Part shown: piece by piece, positions 9,916 to 21,284 of the stretch | How the letters are laid out: each line of letters starts with the position of its first letter | How positions within the stretch are numbered: position 1 is the first letter of the stretch | Assembly (NCBI GenBank): GCA_021734835.1 | Contig: JAIPIH010000004.1 | Location: 30,423-94,422, forward strand | Length of the DNA: 64,000 nt | DNA from: Candidatus Cloacimonadota bacterium | GTDB taxonomy: Bacteria > Cloacimonadota > Cloacimonadia > Cloacimonadales > TCS61 | Direction: 5' to 3' | Made by a program: the position numbers and the translations under genes | Notes under the pieces: model-generated | Seen by the model: the letters and a program-made list of their open reading frames with translations, nothing else | Database searches by the model: none | Told to the model about the DNA's origin: nothing

Positions 9916-10728
9916 CTATTTAAATTTGATCAGAACTTTGTTATTAGTTTCAGTTTTAAATCCCGGATATTTCGCCATAGATTTTTTCATTTCATCCTCA
10001 GAAACATCTTTTCCACGGGCAAAACTATTTAATGCTTCATTATTGTTTAAGATCAGATCAAAATCAATGTCGGAAAGTATAATTTCATTTCCATTTTTAT
10101 ACGATGCTGTAGTTTCCACTATCTTTCCGTCAACAAACACTTTAACCAATATTTTCATACCTGCATACATCGCTTTCATCATCTTGATGTCCTGCTCACT
10201 AGCTTCTGAAAAATCTTCTGCTTCCTCTTCTTCGTCTTCATCTCCTTTGTACTCATGGGTGGGGAAAAGAATAGTGAGTTCTGCAGTTTTTCCCGGTTTG
10301 AATTTAAAATGTACATCATCCATTTCTTGATCAGATCTCGAGGTTGACATCAAGTTTTCAGCAGGATTTTCATCCAGTTTGATCTGACTGATATCGGTAA
10401 AACTGTAGGAAACACTATAGCCTAATTTTCCATTCTCTTTCATAGGTTTACTACTCACGTATTTGACTCCTTCGCCCATGCTGCCTGCATTTTCCTTTAA
10501 TGATTTTACATTGTGATAAGCGGATTCATCTGGAGTATCTGCCTTGTCGCCGCCCATGCTTGAAGACATTTGCTTCATTTGATCGATGAACTCTTGTGAC
10601 ATCAAAACGGTTTCTTCAATCATGCCGCTACCATCTTTGTTAACTTTGATAACTCGTTTCACTTGAAAACATCCTGAAAGAAATAATAAAATAATTAATC
10701 CTGATACTATCAATTTGAAATTTCTCAT
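9916..10728 (-). CDS. lipoprotein of unknown function
   Basis: Lipobox LFLSGC after a signal peptide. The mature part is acidic and Met-rich (GDEDEEEEAEDF). No family recognised. Confidence 0.6.
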   Translation of the reverse strand: MRNFKLIVSGLIILLFLSGCFQVKRVIKVNKDGSGMIEETVLMSQEFIDQMKQMSSSMGGDKADTPDESAYHNVKSLKENAGSMGEGVKYVSSKPMKENGKLGYSVSYSFTDISQIKLDENPAENLMSTSRSDQEMDDVHFKFKPGKTAELTILFPTHEYKGDEDEEEEAEDFSEASEQDIKMMKAMYAGMKILVKVFVDGKIVETTASYKNGNEIILSDIDFDLILNNNEALNSFARGKDVSEDEMKKSMAKYPGFKTETNNKVLIKFK

Positions 10729-10936
10729 AAGCCCTCTTGTTTTATTTAGTTTTCCAATCTAAAAAATGAAGTCAATTATTTGTCAATTTAATTAATTATA
10801 AAAAACTGCCATATAATAATTAAGGAAGAACTTTTCTGAAATATGATTTTCCGATTGACATTAGATTACCATTATAATTTTAAGATTATAATGTGATTGT
10901 TTTATTGATAATTTATAAACTTCATAAGGAGTTAAG

Positions 10937-12370
10937 ATGAGTAATGAGATCAGAGTGCGTTTTGCACCAAGTCCAACCGGATACTTACATGTAGGAAGCC
11001 TTCGAACAGCATTGTATAATTATTTATACGCCAAAAAAACAGGAGGCAAATTCATTCTCAGGATTGAAGATACAGATCAATCACGATACGTTGACGGAGC
11101 AGTGGAAAATTTAATTTCAACACTTAAAACTATGGGTCTCAATTATGATGAAGGTCCCATTATAAATGGTGATTTTGGTCCTTATTATCAGTCTGAACGA
11201 ACTGAAATATATCAGCGTTATGTTGATGAATTAATCGAAAAGGGCAAAGCTTACAGATGTTTCTGTACTGAGAAAGATCTTGTTAGAATGCGTCAGGAAA
11301 GAAAAACACGAGGTCTAGACACAAGATACAACGGACAATGCCTGAGTTTGGGTAAGCAGGAGATAAATGATAACCTGAAAAAGGGGAAAAAATACGTTAT
11401 CCGCTTAAAAATTCCAAAGGAAGGTGAGATCACATTTTATGATATTGTCAGAGAAAAGGTAACTTTTCCCTGGGATATGGTTGATGATCAGATCCTGATC
11501 AAATCGGATGGATTTCCGACCTATCATCTGGCAAATGTCATTGATGATCACCTTATGCAGATAAGTCATGTGATCAGAGGTGAAGAATGGCTTTCCAGTG
11601 TTCCCAAACATCTATTCCTGTATGAAGCCTTCGGCTGGAAACCGCCTAAAATGTGCCATTTACCGCTTCTTCTCAATGCAGATAAAAGTAAATTGAGTAA
11701 GCGACAAGGAGATGTTGCTGTGGAAGATTTTCTTAAAAAAGGTTACTTGCCTGAAACTTTATTGAATTTTGTGGCACTGTTGGGTTGGCACACGCCAGGG
11801 AATGAAGAATTATTTACTCTCCAAGAACTGGAAAAAGCTTTTTCTCTTAAGAGGATAAATAAATCAGGATCTGTTTTTGATCTGGAAAAACTCAATTGGA
11901 TGAATGGTCATTATCTTAGAGAATTAGATCTTAAAGTGATCGGACAATATGCTAAAAAGTACTTTCAACAAGCAGGCTATAAAATTGAAAATGAACAACA
12001 TTATAATGAGCTTGTCGAAATTGCCAGAAAGCGAATTACTACTTTGGAAGAAGTAACCGAATTTGCAAAACCTTTCTTTAGTAAACTAGTTTTTACAAAG
12101 GAAAATATAGAGATATTAAGTTCAACCACTTCGCAAACTCTATTTGAATATTGGATAGATAAAATGGAAGAAAATCAGGAAATGAGTGAAACTTTGATAA
12201 ATAAACTTCTCAAACAATCTGCTCAAGAGTTAGGTATCAAGGGGAAGAATCTGTATCCTCCCCTCAGACTTGCTTTGTATGGCAGTGAGCATGGCCCGGA
12301 ACTTCCCACAATTATGGATATTTTGGGAAAAGAAAAGGTTATTACCAGATTAGGAGATTGTCTAAAATGA
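10937..12370 (+). CDS. gltX: glutamate--tRNA ligase
   Basis: RFAPSPTGYLHVGSLRTA (HIGH motif), KLSKRQG (KMSKS motif), AAGGAG RBS. Confidence 0.9.
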   Translation: MSNEIRVRFAPSPTGYLHVGSLRTALYNYLYAKKTGGKFILRIEDTDQSRYVDGAVENLISTLKTMGLNYDEGPIINGDFGPYYQSERTEIYQRYVDELIEKGKAYRCFCTEKDLVRMRQERKTRGLDTRYNGQCLSLGKQEINDNLKKGKKYVIRLKIPKEGEITFYDIVREKVTFPWDMVDDQILIKSDGFPTYHLANVIDDHLMQISHVIRGEEWLSSVPKHLFLYEAFGWKPPKMCHLPLLLNADKSKLSKRQGDVAVEDFLKKGYLPETLLNFVALLGWHTPGNEELFTLQELEKAFSLKRINKSGSVFDLEKLNWMNGHYLRELDLKVIGQYAKKYFQQAGYKIENEQHYNELVEIARKRITTLEEVTEFAKPFFSKLVFTKENIEILSSTTSQTLFEYWIDKMEENQEMSETLINKLLKQSAQELGIKGKNLYPPLRLALYGSEHGPELPTIMDILGKEKVITRLGDCLK

Positions 12371-12948
12371 AATATTTCAAAAAACTTATAGGCAAGAAAT
12401 GTTATCTTTCACCGATTAACGTTGAAGATGCAGAAACATATTGTGAATGGTTAAATAATTGGGAAATTGGAGTAAACTTACTGACTTTTTCCCAGCAGTT
12501 AAGTTTGGAACGAGAAAAAAAAATTCTACAAGATATGATAGATAATAATAACCAAATCTTTGCTATTGTAGATATTAGTAATGATAAGTTAATAGGAAAT
12601 TGCAGTATCTTCAGAATCAATTTGCCAAACAGAAAAGCCGAAGTTGGTATATTTATCGGTGATAAAAGTTATTGGAACAAAAATTATGGTAAGGAAGCTT
12701 TATCATTACTGGTTGACTATGGTTTTAATGTTCTAAATCTAAATAATATTATGTTAGAGGTATTCAGTTTCAACGAACGGGCAATAAAGTGTTATAAGAA
12801 AGTAGGATTCAAAGAGATTGGCCGTAGACGGGAAGCGTTCATCAGAGCCGGTAAGAAATATGATGAAATTTATATGGACTTGTTAGCCCAAGATTTCGAG
12901 AGTATTTTTATAAAAAAATCTCAGTTTAATCTAATAAATTATGTTTGA
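12358..12948 (+). CDS. GNAT family N-acetyltransferase (RimJ/RimL-like)
   Basis: GNAT core: IGNCSIF..., AEVGIFIGDKSYWNKNYGKEA, RAIKCYKKVGFKEIG. Overlaps the gltX stop. Confidence 0.8.
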   Translation: MSKMKYFKKLIGKKCYLSPINVEDAETYCEWLNNWEIGVNLLTFSQQLSLEREKKILQDMIDNNNQIFAIVDISNDKLIGNCSIFRINLPNRKAEVGIFIGDKSYWNKNYGKEALSLLVDYGFNVLNLNNIMLEVFSFNERAIKCYKKVGFKEIGRRREAFIRAGKKYDEIYMDLLAQDFESIFIKKSQFNLINYV

Positions 12949-14083
12949 AAAAATAAAAGGACAAGATAAAACGATTGAGATTCTGCGGCGATCGTTAAAA
13001 CAGAATAAAGTTGCTAACAGCTATTTATTCTCGGGTCCGGAAGGTGTGGGCAAATTTACTTCTGCTCTTTACTTCGGCATGGCGGTAAATTGTCATGCTA
13101 CCCTAGATAGACGGCCTTGCGGAGTTTGCCCATCCTGCTCTAAGTTTCTCTCTTTTTCACACCCAGATCTTATTTATATATTCCCATTTCCCAAGGAATC
13201 AGGGAAATCTGATATAACCGTTCAGGGTGAAATTCGTTCGGATAAAACACTGATGGAATATGAGGAGTACATTTCCAACAAAATGAAATCACCCTGGAAA
13301 GAATTTTTCTTCTCAAAAAATATCGGAATACGCATTGCCAGTATTCGTATGCTGGAACACAGAATCCAGCTTTCGCCAAATGAAGGCAATTATAAGATCG
13401 CGATAATCGAACATGCCGACCTAATGAACGTTCAAGCCGCAAATGCATTTTTAAAGACCTTAGAGGAACCGCCTGAAGACACGATAATCATCCTTACAAC
13501 TTCTAAACCTAATTCATTGTTACCAACTATCCTTTCCCGCTGTCAAAATCTTAACTTCTATCCGGTTCCCAAAACTATTATAGAGCAAGAACTACAAAAC
13601 TTCGATACACTGGAAATTTTCGAAGCAAAAATGATCGCTAGAATGGTAAATGGGAATATTGAAAAAGCTCTTCGTCTTATGGAAGGCGGAAGAGTAGAAG
13701 TCAGACAGCAAACTCTACAGTTTCTGCAATTCGTGCTTGAAAAGGATGATCGAAAATTTTTGGAATTGTCCAATCAGTTTAGAACATCGAAAAACCTTTC
13801 CAAATTAGAGGAGATGATCTCACAGTTAATTATGTGGCTGAGTGATCTTGCCTATTTTAAACATGAGCAATCGGAGATAACTAATCTGGATAAAACAGAA
13901 ATGTTAGAAACTTTATTTAACTCAAATCCGGAAGTTGAAGATTATGCGCCTGACCTGATAAATTTTATGGAAAAAATGCTGCAAAGACTTACCGGACATG
14001 TAAATCCACAGCTTGTGATAATTGAAATATTTAATAGATTTAAAGATACATTTAATAACCAGAACCAAAGTGCAGCCCAATAA
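12941..14083 (+). CDS. holB: DNA polymerase III subunit delta'
   Basis: SGPEGVGKFTSA (degenerate Walker A), Zn module CGVCPSCSKF, sensor LSRCQ, FLKTLEEPP. Confidence 0.8.
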   Translation: MFEKIKGQDKTIEILRRSLKQNKVANSYLFSGPEGVGKFTSALYFGMAVNCHATLDRRPCGVCPSCSKFLSFSHPDLIYIFPFPKESGKSDITVQGEIRSDKTLMEYEEYISNKMKSPWKEFFFSKNIGIRIASIRMLEHRIQLSPNEGNYKIAIIEHADLMNVQAANAFLKTLEEPPEDTIIILTTSKPNSLLPTILSRCQNLNFYPVPKTIIEQELQNFDTLEIFEAKMIARMVNGNIEKALRLMEGGRVEVRQQTLQFLQFVLEKDDRKFLELSNQFRTSKNLSKLEEMISQLIMWLSDLAYFKHEQSEITNLDKTEMLETLFNSNPEVEDYAPDLINFMEKMLQRLTGHVNPQLVIIEIFNRFKDTFNNQNQSAAQ

Positions 14084-14152
14084 CAAGAGAGCTTGTATAA
14101 ACCATGATCTACAACTTAATTTTTTTTGAAAAGATGCTTTAAAGGAGATTTA

Positions 14153-15847
14153 ATGGAAAATAGTGAAAAGTCAAAAAGTAATTTTATCCGTGACATTATT
14201 GATAACGATATCATGGAAGGAAAAAACAACGGCAGAGTTCACACTAGATTTCCCCCCGAACCAAACGGTCACTTGCATATTGGACATGCTAAGGCAATTT
14301 TAGTTAACTATAAGATAGCCCAAGATTATCATGGTAAATTCAATCTGCGGTTTGATGATACAAATCCCCTTAAAGAAGATGAAGAATATGTCAATGCTAT
14401 CATTAAAGACATAAAATGGTTAGGATGCGATTGGGAAGATCGATTATTTTTCGCATCAGATTATTTCGAGCAGATGTATAATTACGCTGTGCAATTGATC
14501 AAAGCAGGTAAGGCATATGTTGATAGTCAAACCGCAGAAGAGATCAAGCAGAATCGTGGAACGGTAACAAAACCCGGGATAAATAGTCCTTACCGCAATC
14601 GCTCTGTTGAGGAAAACTTAGATCTGTTTGAGAAAATGAAAAACGGAGAATACACTGATGGAGAACATGTTCTGCGAGGTAAGATCGATATGGCTTCCGC
14701 CAACATGCTGATGAGAGATCCGCTAATGTACCGTATCCGTCATGATCATCATCATCGAACAAAAGGTAAGTGGTGTATATATCCTATGTATGACTGGGCA
14801 CACGGCTTGGAAGATTCTTTAGAAGGAATTACTCATTCTCTTTGTTCTTTAGAGTTCCAAACACACCGACCTTTATATGATTGGTTCCTGTTAGAATTAG
14901 GAATTCACAAACCTCAACAGATTGAATTTGCCAGATTGAATTTAAATTATACAGTTATGAGTAAGAGGAAACTTCTGAGATTGATAGAAGAAAATATTGT
15001 ATTTGGATGGGATGATCCAAGACTTCCCACAATCGCCGGATTACGCCGTAGAGGATTCACGCCAGAATCAATTCACTCTTTTATTGATGAAGTAGGCGTC
15101 GCTAAGGCACATAGTATTGTAGATTATGCCAGATTGGAACATTCTGTTCGAGAGCATTTAAATAAAATCACTCAGCGGAGAATGGTCGTTATTGATCCGT
15201 TGAAAGTAGTAATAGAAAATTATCCTGCTGAAAAAAATGAAGTTTTGGATGCGGTTAATAACCCGGAAGATGAAACAGCAGGCTCCAGGAAAGTTCCCTT
15301 TTCCAGGGAATTGTATATTGAACAAAGCGATTTCATGGAAGATCCCCCTAATAAATACTATCGTTTGACTGTAGGTAGAGAAGTTAGATTACGATATGCG
15401 TATTTCATTAAATGCAATAAAGTTATCAAAGATAGTGATGGAAATATAGTCGAACTAAGGTGTACTTATGATCCAGCGTCTAAAGGTGGAAAATCACCGG
15501 ATGGTAGAAAAGTGAAGTCTACTCTACATTGGGTAGATGCACAAAAGGCAATTTCTGCAGAAATAAGAATGTATGAACACCTGTTTACTGCTCCTGATCC
15601 GGAATCTGATGAGGGTAGTTTTACCGATAATATTAATCCAAATTCTATAACCGTGCAAAAAAAATGCAAGTTAGAACCTTCTTTGAACAAAGCTAAACCG
15701 GGTGAAAGATACCAATTTGAACGCAAAGGCTATTTCTTTGTAGATGATGATTCAGCTGAAAATAACTTAATATTTAACAGAACTGTGACTTTGAGAGATA
15801 ACTGGAAAAGAATTTTAAAACAGAATAAAAGACATAAAAATATTTAG
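14153..15847 (+). CDS. glnS: glutamine--tRNA ligase
   Basis: ATG 14153 follows AAAGGAG and is preferred over the ORF-track TTG at 14126. [17 protein letters not shown] (HIGH) and VMSKRKL (KMSKS). Confidence 0.9.
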   Translation: MENSEKSKSNFIRDIIDNDIMEGKNNGRVHTRFPPEPNGHLHIGHAKAILVNYKIAQDYHGKFNLRFDDTNPLKEDEEYVNAIIKDIKWLGCDWEDRLFFASDYFEQMYNYAVQLIKAGKAYVDSQTAEEIKQNRGTVTKPGINSPYRNRSVEENLDLFEKMKNGEYTDGEHVLRGKIDMASANMLMRDPLMYRIRHDHHHRTKGKWCIYPMYDWAHGLEDSLEGITHSLCSLEFQTHRPLYDWFLLELGIHKPQQIEFARLNLNYTVMSKRKLLRLIEENIVFGWDDPRLPTIAGLRRRGFTPESIHSFIDEVGVAKAHSIVDYARLEHSVREHLNKITQRRMVVIDPLKVVIENYPAEKNEVLDAVNNPEDETAGSRKVPFSRELYIEQSDFMEDPPNKYYRLTVGREVRLRYAYFIKCNKVIKDSDGNIVELRCTYDPASKGGKSPDGRKVKSTLHWVDAQKAISAEIRMYEHLFTAPDPESDEGSFTDNINPNSITVQKKCKLEPSLNKAKPGERYQFERKGYFFVDDDSAENNLIFNRTVTLRDNWKRILKQNKRHKNI

Positions 15848-15857
15848 GAGGATATTA

Positions 15858-17534
15858 GTGATCAGTACAATTTTTAGTTTGTTAGGGGCATTAGGCGTTT
15901 TTCTTTATGGAATGCGTGTAATGAGCGATGGGTTACAAAAAGCAGCGGGAAATAGATTACAGAAGATATTAAATTATATGACAAGTAATCGCTTTGTGGC
16001 GGTGATTACAGGATTTATAATTACTGCTTTTATCCAATCTTCTTCAGCAACGACTGTGATGATTGTAAGTTTTGTGAATGCTTCACTTTTGACACTCACC
16101 CAAGCGATCGGTGTAATAATGGGTGCAAATATCGGAACAACGGTTACAACTTGGATAGTATCAATAATCGGTTTCAAATTTAAAATCACAGCGATAGCCT
16201 TACCTGTTGTGGGTATTGGAATGCCCTTTCTGTTCTCGAAGTATAAAAACCGTCGGGATTTTGGAGAAATATTAATTGGTTTTGGTCTTTTGTTTCTCGG
16301 TTTAATGTTTCTTAAAGAGTCTGTACCCGATATTAAAAGTAATCCGGAAGTACTTTCTTTTATCCAAAACTGGTCAAATATAGCTTACCCCTGGTCGTTT
16401 ATATTATTCGTATTTGTAGGAACTTTGCTTACGATAATTGTCCAATCTTCCAGTGCAGCGATGGCAATAACTGTAACAATGGCATTTATGGGATGGATTA
16501 ATTTCCCGACAGCAGCAGCCATTGTATTGGGTGAAAATATTGGTACGACCGTAACCGCCTATTTGGCATCGTTAGGTACATCTGTAAATGCCAGGCGGGC
16601 AGCGAGAGCTCATTTTGTATTCAATGTGTTCGGGGTTATCTGGATGGGATTCCTCTTCAATTTTTTCGTTTCAGAAAACGGTATAATTTATAAACTTGCA
16701 CCTTGGAATGCAAATTTACAGGAAAATCTCCCTTTAAATCTAGCACTTTTCCATACAGTTTTTAATATTGCTAATACCCTCATCTGTCTAAATTTTGTAA
16801 AACAACTTGCTACCATAGCAACGAAACTAGTGAAACCCGGGAAAAGAGATCTTCTCAATCAGGAGTACAAATTAAATTATATATCAACCGGTTTGCAGGA
16901 TACAGCACAGATGAATATAATTGAGGTTGAACAGGAAATCCTGAAGATGTCAGAAATTACCGATAACATGTTTGATCAGTTTTTAGATGTTTTTAATCAC
17001 CCGTCAAAAAAGATGGATGATCAGGTTAAGCAGGTAAAAGACTGGGAAGAGCTGACTGATAAGATGCAGGAAGAGATATCAAAGTATTTAGTTTCGCTTT
17101 CCAATGAACAGTTAAATGAAAAGAATATCCAAAATGTTAATTCAATGATGCGTGTAGCTCATGAATTGGAAAGTGTGGCAGATAGTTGTTATAAATTGAT
17201 CATATTAGCTCAGAGAAGGTACAACAGCAAGCTCAAACTCCATTCAAAATCTAATGAAGAGATCAATGATTACTCAAATTTAATTAGAGAATTTATCAAA
17301 CTTTATCGGGAAAATATCAATGAACATTTACATGAAAACGATATGAAAGAAGCATATAATCTTGAAATTAAAATCGATAATTACAGAAATAATTTGGTAG
17401 AAGAAGTGCAGCAGAGAATTCAAAATGGAGCTGATGTAAAAGCCGAGCTCCTATATTTGGATATTCTGAAAAATTTTGAGCATATAGGTGATAATTCTCT
17501 TAATATCGCTCAATCATTGAGGCAATTAAGATAA
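15858..17534 (+). CDS. Na/Pi cotransporter family protein with C-terminal PhoU-like domain
   Basis: GTG start after AGGAGG. Duplicated QSSSATT / QSSSAAM NptA motifs in a polytopic N-terminus, followed by a helical PhoU-like C-terminus. Confidence 0.85.
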   Translation: MISTIFSLLGALGVFLYGMRVMSDGLQKAAGNRLQKILNYMTSNRFVAVITGFIITAFIQSSSATTVMIVSFVNASLLTLTQAIGVIMGANIGTTVTTWIVSIIGFKFKITAIALPVVGIGMPFLFSKYKNRRDFGEILIGFGLLFLGLMFLKESVPDIKSNPEVLSFIQNWSNIAYPWSFILFVFVGTLLTIIVQSSSAAMAITVTMAFMGWINFPTAAAIVLGENIGTTVTAYLASLGTSVNARRAARAHFVFNVFGVIWMGFLFNFFVSENGIIYKLAPWNANLQENLPLNLALFHTVFNIANTLICLNFVKQLATIATKLVKPGKRDLLNQEYKLNYISTGLQDTAQMNIIEVEQEILKMSEITDNMFDQFLDVFNHPSKKMDDQVKQVKDWEELTDKMQEEISKYLVSLSNEQLNEKNIQNVNSMMRVAHELESVADSCYKLIILAQRRYNSKLKLHSKSNEEINDYSNLIREFIKLYRENINEHLHENDMKEAYNLEIKIDNYRNNLVEEVQQRIQNGADVKAELLYLDILKNFEHIGDNSLNIAQSLRQLR

Positions 17535-17610
17535 TAAGAATTTACTGAAATTTATATGAGAAGATTAATTAATATGTGATAGTATTTATTCACTTATTTC
17601 GAGAGGAGAG

Positions 17611-18786
17611 TTGGTTATTGAATTTGATGAGTTGCAGCAAATAAGACAGCATCTTCACAGCTTCCCGGAATTAGCAGATCAGGAGGAAAGAACATCTGAG
17701 TTCATCAAAAATATAATAAATAAATATATAACTCAGAAAGTTTCTTTTATTAACCTTCAAAAAGATGGCTTTGCTTATGTTTTCAAAAGTGACTTGCCGG
17801 GTAATACAGTTTTATTAAGAAGCGAGTTGGATGCTTTGCCAATTAAAGAGAATAATGATTTCAACTATGCTTCACAAAATGAGAATGTTTCGCATCTTTG
17901 CGGTCATGACGGTCATATGACAATTCTATTAGGATTAGCAAAACATCTTTCCAGTAACCCACCTGCCAAAGGTAAGATCATCTTGTTATTTCAACCTTCC
18001 GAAGAAACCGGTCAGGGGGCACAAAGAATAGTACTTAATGATCATTTTCAGGAACTCTTTCCCGATTATGTCTTTGCTTTACATAATTTGCCCGGTTATC
18101 CCAAAAACAGTATTATCATTAGAAAGGATATTTTTGCATCTACATCTAAAGGTTTAGAGATCAAATTATACGGTAAAACTTCGCATGCAGCTGAACCTGA
18201 ACATGGAAATTCCCCGGTATTTGCGGTTGCGGAGATAATAAAGAGACTTTCTGAAACCGGGAAAAATCCTATTGTTAGAAAATATTTTTCTAAAAAAACA
18301 TTGGAATTTACAGATTTTTCCCAAATTACTGTTATCCATACTCTTCTAGGATCAATAGCTTTTGGTACAACTCCAGGTTATGCCGAGATTCGAGCTACAT
18401 TACGTTCTTATAAGCAGGGAGATATGGAGCGGCTTACAAATAAAACAATAGCGATCATAAATGAAATCAATCAGAGATATAAACTGAAGCTTGAATTCAA
18501 GTGGTTGGAAGAATTTCCTAATACAGTGAATGATAATGATAGTGTGAAAATAATTCAAAAAGCTGCTCATAATACCAACCTTAACGTTATTGAACCGGAT
18601 AAACCTTTCAAATGGTCAGAGGATTTTGGGCATTTCACAAACAAATATCGGGGAGCATTGTTTGGACTCGGAACCGGATTAAATTGTCCTCAACTTCATA
18701 ATCCCAATTATGATTTCCCAGATGATATCATAGAAGCGGGAATTCAAATTTATAATGAGATAATAAAGTTAATCTCGGAGGAATGA
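17611..18786 (+). CDS. M20D family amidohydrolase (N-acyl-amino acid amidohydrolase-like)
   Basis: LHSFPELADQE, RSELDALPI, HLCGHDGH, QPSEE. Confidence 0.8.
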   Translation: MVIEFDELQQIRQHLHSFPELADQEERTSEFIKNIINKYITQKVSFINLQKDGFAYVFKSDLPGNTVLLRSELDALPIKENNDFNYASQNENVSHLCGHDGHMTILLGLAKHLSSNPPAKGKIILLFQPSEETGQGAQRIVLNDHFQELFPDYVFALHNLPGYPKNSIIIRKDIFASTSKGLEIKLYGKTSHAAEPEHGNSPVFAVAEIIKRLSETGKNPIVRKYFSKKTLEFTDFSQITVIHTLLGSIAFGTTPGYAEIRATLRSYKQGDMERLTNKTIAIINEINQRYKLKLEFKWLEEFPNTVNDNDSVKIIQKAAHNTNLNVIEPDKPFKWSEDFGHFTNKYRGALFGLGTGLNCPQLHNPNYDFPDDIIEAGIQIYNEIIKLISEE

Positions 18787-19935
18787 ATGTTAGCAACATC
18801 ATATATTGAACTAAGTAAATCAGCTTTAAAAAATAACATTGAATTTATTCGGAAACATCTTGGTGAGGAGATAAAATTTTCATCTGTGATTAAAGGAAAT
18901 GCTTACGGACATGGTATTGAGAGCTTTCTACCTTTAGCTGAGGAATTAGGAATTGATCATTTTTCTGTATTTAGTGCATATGAGGCATATAAAGCTTTTA
19001 AGGCAAAACGTAATAAAAATTCTAAAATAATGATAATGGGCATGATAACTAATCATCAACTCGAATGGGCAATTGAGAATGATATAGAGTTTTTCGTATT
19101 TGAATTAGATCGGTTACTATCAGCTCACGAAATTGCTAAAAAACTGAATAAGCCTGCCTTGGTTCATATTTATGTTGAAACAGGTATGAATAGAATTGGA
19201 TTTAGTAAAGATGAAATGGAGCAAGTGATAAGTTTATTGAAAACTGAATATCTGACTTTCAGTGGATTATGTACTCATTATGCCGGTGCAGAAAGCATCG
19301 CTAATTATTATCGCGTAAAAAAACAAATTAAAAATTTTAGAGATAATTTAAAATTCTTTAGGAATAATGATCTAATGCCTCAGTATATTCATTGTGCATC
19401 TTCTGCAGCAGCAATGAATTATTCTAAAACAAGATTCAATATGGTGAGAATCGGTATTTTACAATATGGACTTTGGCCAAGTCGTGAGACATTTATTCAA
19501 TATCTTAGCGGAAAAGAGGCTAAGGTAAACCCACTGGAAAGGATTATAAGCTGGAAAACTACCGTAATGAATACAAAATCAGTAAAAAGAGGTGAATTTG
19601 TTGGATACAGCAATACTTTTTTTGCTCAGGATGATATGAAGATTGCTGTTATCCCTGTAGGGTATTCAGATGGTTACAGTCGTTCCTTGAGCAACTTTGG
19701 AAGCGTGATCATTCATGGTATCAAAGTGAAAGTAATTGGACTTGTGAATATGAATATGCTGATCGTCGACATTACCGATATACCAGAAACAAAAAAGGGC
19801 GATGGTGTTGTATTGATCGGCAGCCAGAATGGACAGGAAATTACGATATCTGCTTTTGGCGATTATAACGACCAGATGAACTACGAATCACTAGCTAGAT
19901 TACCAGATAATATTCAACGCAGAATTATTGATTAA
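18787..19935 (+). CDS. alr: alanine racemase
   Basis: PLP-lysine motif VIKGNAYGHG, and C-terminal VGYSDGY / ...VNMNM.. motifs. Start abuts the previous stop (TGAATG). Confidence 0.85.
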   Translation: MLATSYIELSKSALKNNIEFIRKHLGEEIKFSSVIKGNAYGHGIESFLPLAEELGIDHFSVFSAYEAYKAFKAKRNKNSKIMIMGMITNHQLEWAIENDIEFFVFELDRLLSAHEIAKKLNKPALVHIYVETGMNRIGFSKDEMEQVISLLKTEYLTFSGLCTHYAGAESIANYYRVKKQIKNFRDNLKFFRNNDLMPQYIHCASSAAAMNYSKTRFNMVRIGILQYGLWPSRETFIQYLSGKEAKVNPLERIISWKTTVMNTKSVKRGEFVGYSNTFFAQDDMKIAVIPVGYSDGYSRSLSNFGSVIIHGIKVKVIGLVNMNMLIVDITDIPETKKGDGVVLIGSQNGQEITISAFGDYNDQMNYESLARLPDNIQRRIID

Positions 19936-19993
19936 ACAGATAAAATATCTCTTACTTAGTTCGGAACTATCTTTATATTATTTAGTTTGAATA

Positions 19994-21175
19994 TTAAATT
20001 ATTCCGACATTCTTCCCGATTTTTTCAAATTTTTCTAAAGCTTTATCCAGTTGAGCTTTAGAATGAGTTGCCATGAAACTTGTTCTAATAAGAGTATCAT
20101 TTGGTGGTACAGCTGGGGGTACAACCGGATTGATAAAAACACCTTCTTCATCAAGTTGTTTCCACATTTTGAATGCATTCATCATACCCCCTACGTGAAG
20201 CGGAATTACTGGCGTGCAGGATCGACCGGTATTATAACCCATAGCTTGAAAATTTTCCATCATGTAATCAGTGTTCTCCCATAATTTATCAATACGTTCC
20301 GGTTCCTCTTCAATAATTTTTAAAGCCTCAATAACAGAAGCAGCTGAAGCTGGAGGAAGTGAAGCACTGAAGATCAGTGATCGAGCGTGATGTTTGAGAA
20401 AGTGAATGATTTTTTCACTGCCAGCAATGAATCCGCCAACGGAAGCTAAAGATTTGCTGAAAGTACCCATGATAAGGTCTACATCATCAGTGCAGCCGGC
20501 AGCCATTGCAACGCCAGCTCCAGTTTTATGTAATACACCTAATGAATGAGCTTCGTCAACCATAACTCCTGCACCATGTTTTTTTGCTATTTTACAGATA
20601 TTTTTTATATCAGCAATATCCCCTTCCATGCTGAAAATTCCATCTACAACTATAAGTGCGCCATTTCCAGCAACTTTATTTGTTAACACTGAATCAAGAT
20701 GCTTCATATTATTATGATTAAAACGAAGCATCTTTCCTGGAGAGAGAGCGCAGCCATCAAGAATGGATGCATGATCAAATTTGTCTGTAACAATAAATTC
20801 ATCTCGGGAAACCATGGCAGAAATCGCACCGAGATTAGCCATATAACCGGCAGCAAAAACTAAAGAGGCTTCTTTCCCGACAAAGCGGGCTAGTTTTTCT
20901 TCCAATTCAATATGAATTTTCAAAGTTCCATTGAGAAACCTTGATCCGGCACAACCAGTTCCATATTTATCAGTGGCTTTCTTGGCAGCTTCAATAACAC
21001 GTGGATGATTTGTTAATCCAAGATAACTATTCGAACCCATCATTAGCATTTTTTTCCCGTTACACATTACTTCTGTATCCTGTTCAGAATTTATTACTCT
21101 AAAATAAGGATAGTGACCCAAAGAAATGATTTCCTTAGCTGCAGTAAAATTTTTAACTTTATCTAATATGCTCAT
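19994..21175 (-). CDS. alpha-oxoamine synthase family PLP enzyme (KBL / BioF / serine-palmitoyltransferase-like)
   Basis: SNSYLGL, GSRFLNGT, DEAHS, PLP-lysine GTFSKSLASVGGF, and C-terminal INPVVPPAVP...IRTSFMATH. Confidence 0.8.
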   Translation of the reverse strand: MSILDKVKNFTAAKEIISLGHYPYFRVINSEQDTEVMCNGKKMLMMGSNSYLGLTNHPRVIEAAKKATDKYGTGCAGSRFLNGTLKIHIELEEKLARFVGKEASLVFAAGYMANLGAISAMVSRDEFIVTDKFDHASILDGCALSPGKMLRFNHNNMKHLDSVLTNKVAGNGALIVVDGIFSMEGDIADIKNICKIAKKHGAGVMVDEAHSLGVLHKTGAGVAMAAGCTDDVDLIMGTFSKSLASVGGFIAGSEKIIHFLKHHARSLIFSASLPPASAASVIEALKIIEEEPERIDKLWENTDYMMENFQAMGYNTGRSCTPVIPLHVGGMMNAFKMWKQLDEEGVFINPVVPPAVPPNDTLIRTSFMATHSKAQLDKALEKFEKIGKNVGII

Positions 21176-21284
21176 TGGTACCTCTTTTATACCTTAATAA
21201 ATACAATAACGGTTTTTAGAAAATGTGTGTCAATAATTAAAATAGTTAAGCACCTGAATACTTTCTTGTTGCCTAATTAATCTA

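Noticed and set aside
9905-10330. 141-aa plus-strand ORF
   Set aside because: It is antisense to the lipoprotein gene at 9916-10728, has a low-complexity Ser/Phe-rich translation and lacks an RBS. The minus-strand gene has a lipobox and a sensible composition.
10855-10867. 13-mer TTGACATTAGATT shared with 46715-46727, upstream of gltX and the FecR-like gene (possible common operator or promoter)
   Set aside because: In a 64-kb AT-rich window, some identical 13-mers are expected by chance. The spacing to any -10-like hexamer is poor in both cases.
10937-15847. Presence of both GluRS and GlnRS in one neighbourhood as something unusual
   Set aside because: Both have canonical class-I motifs. 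Direct Gln-tRNA charging is simply one of the two normal bacterial solutions, so this is not anomalous.
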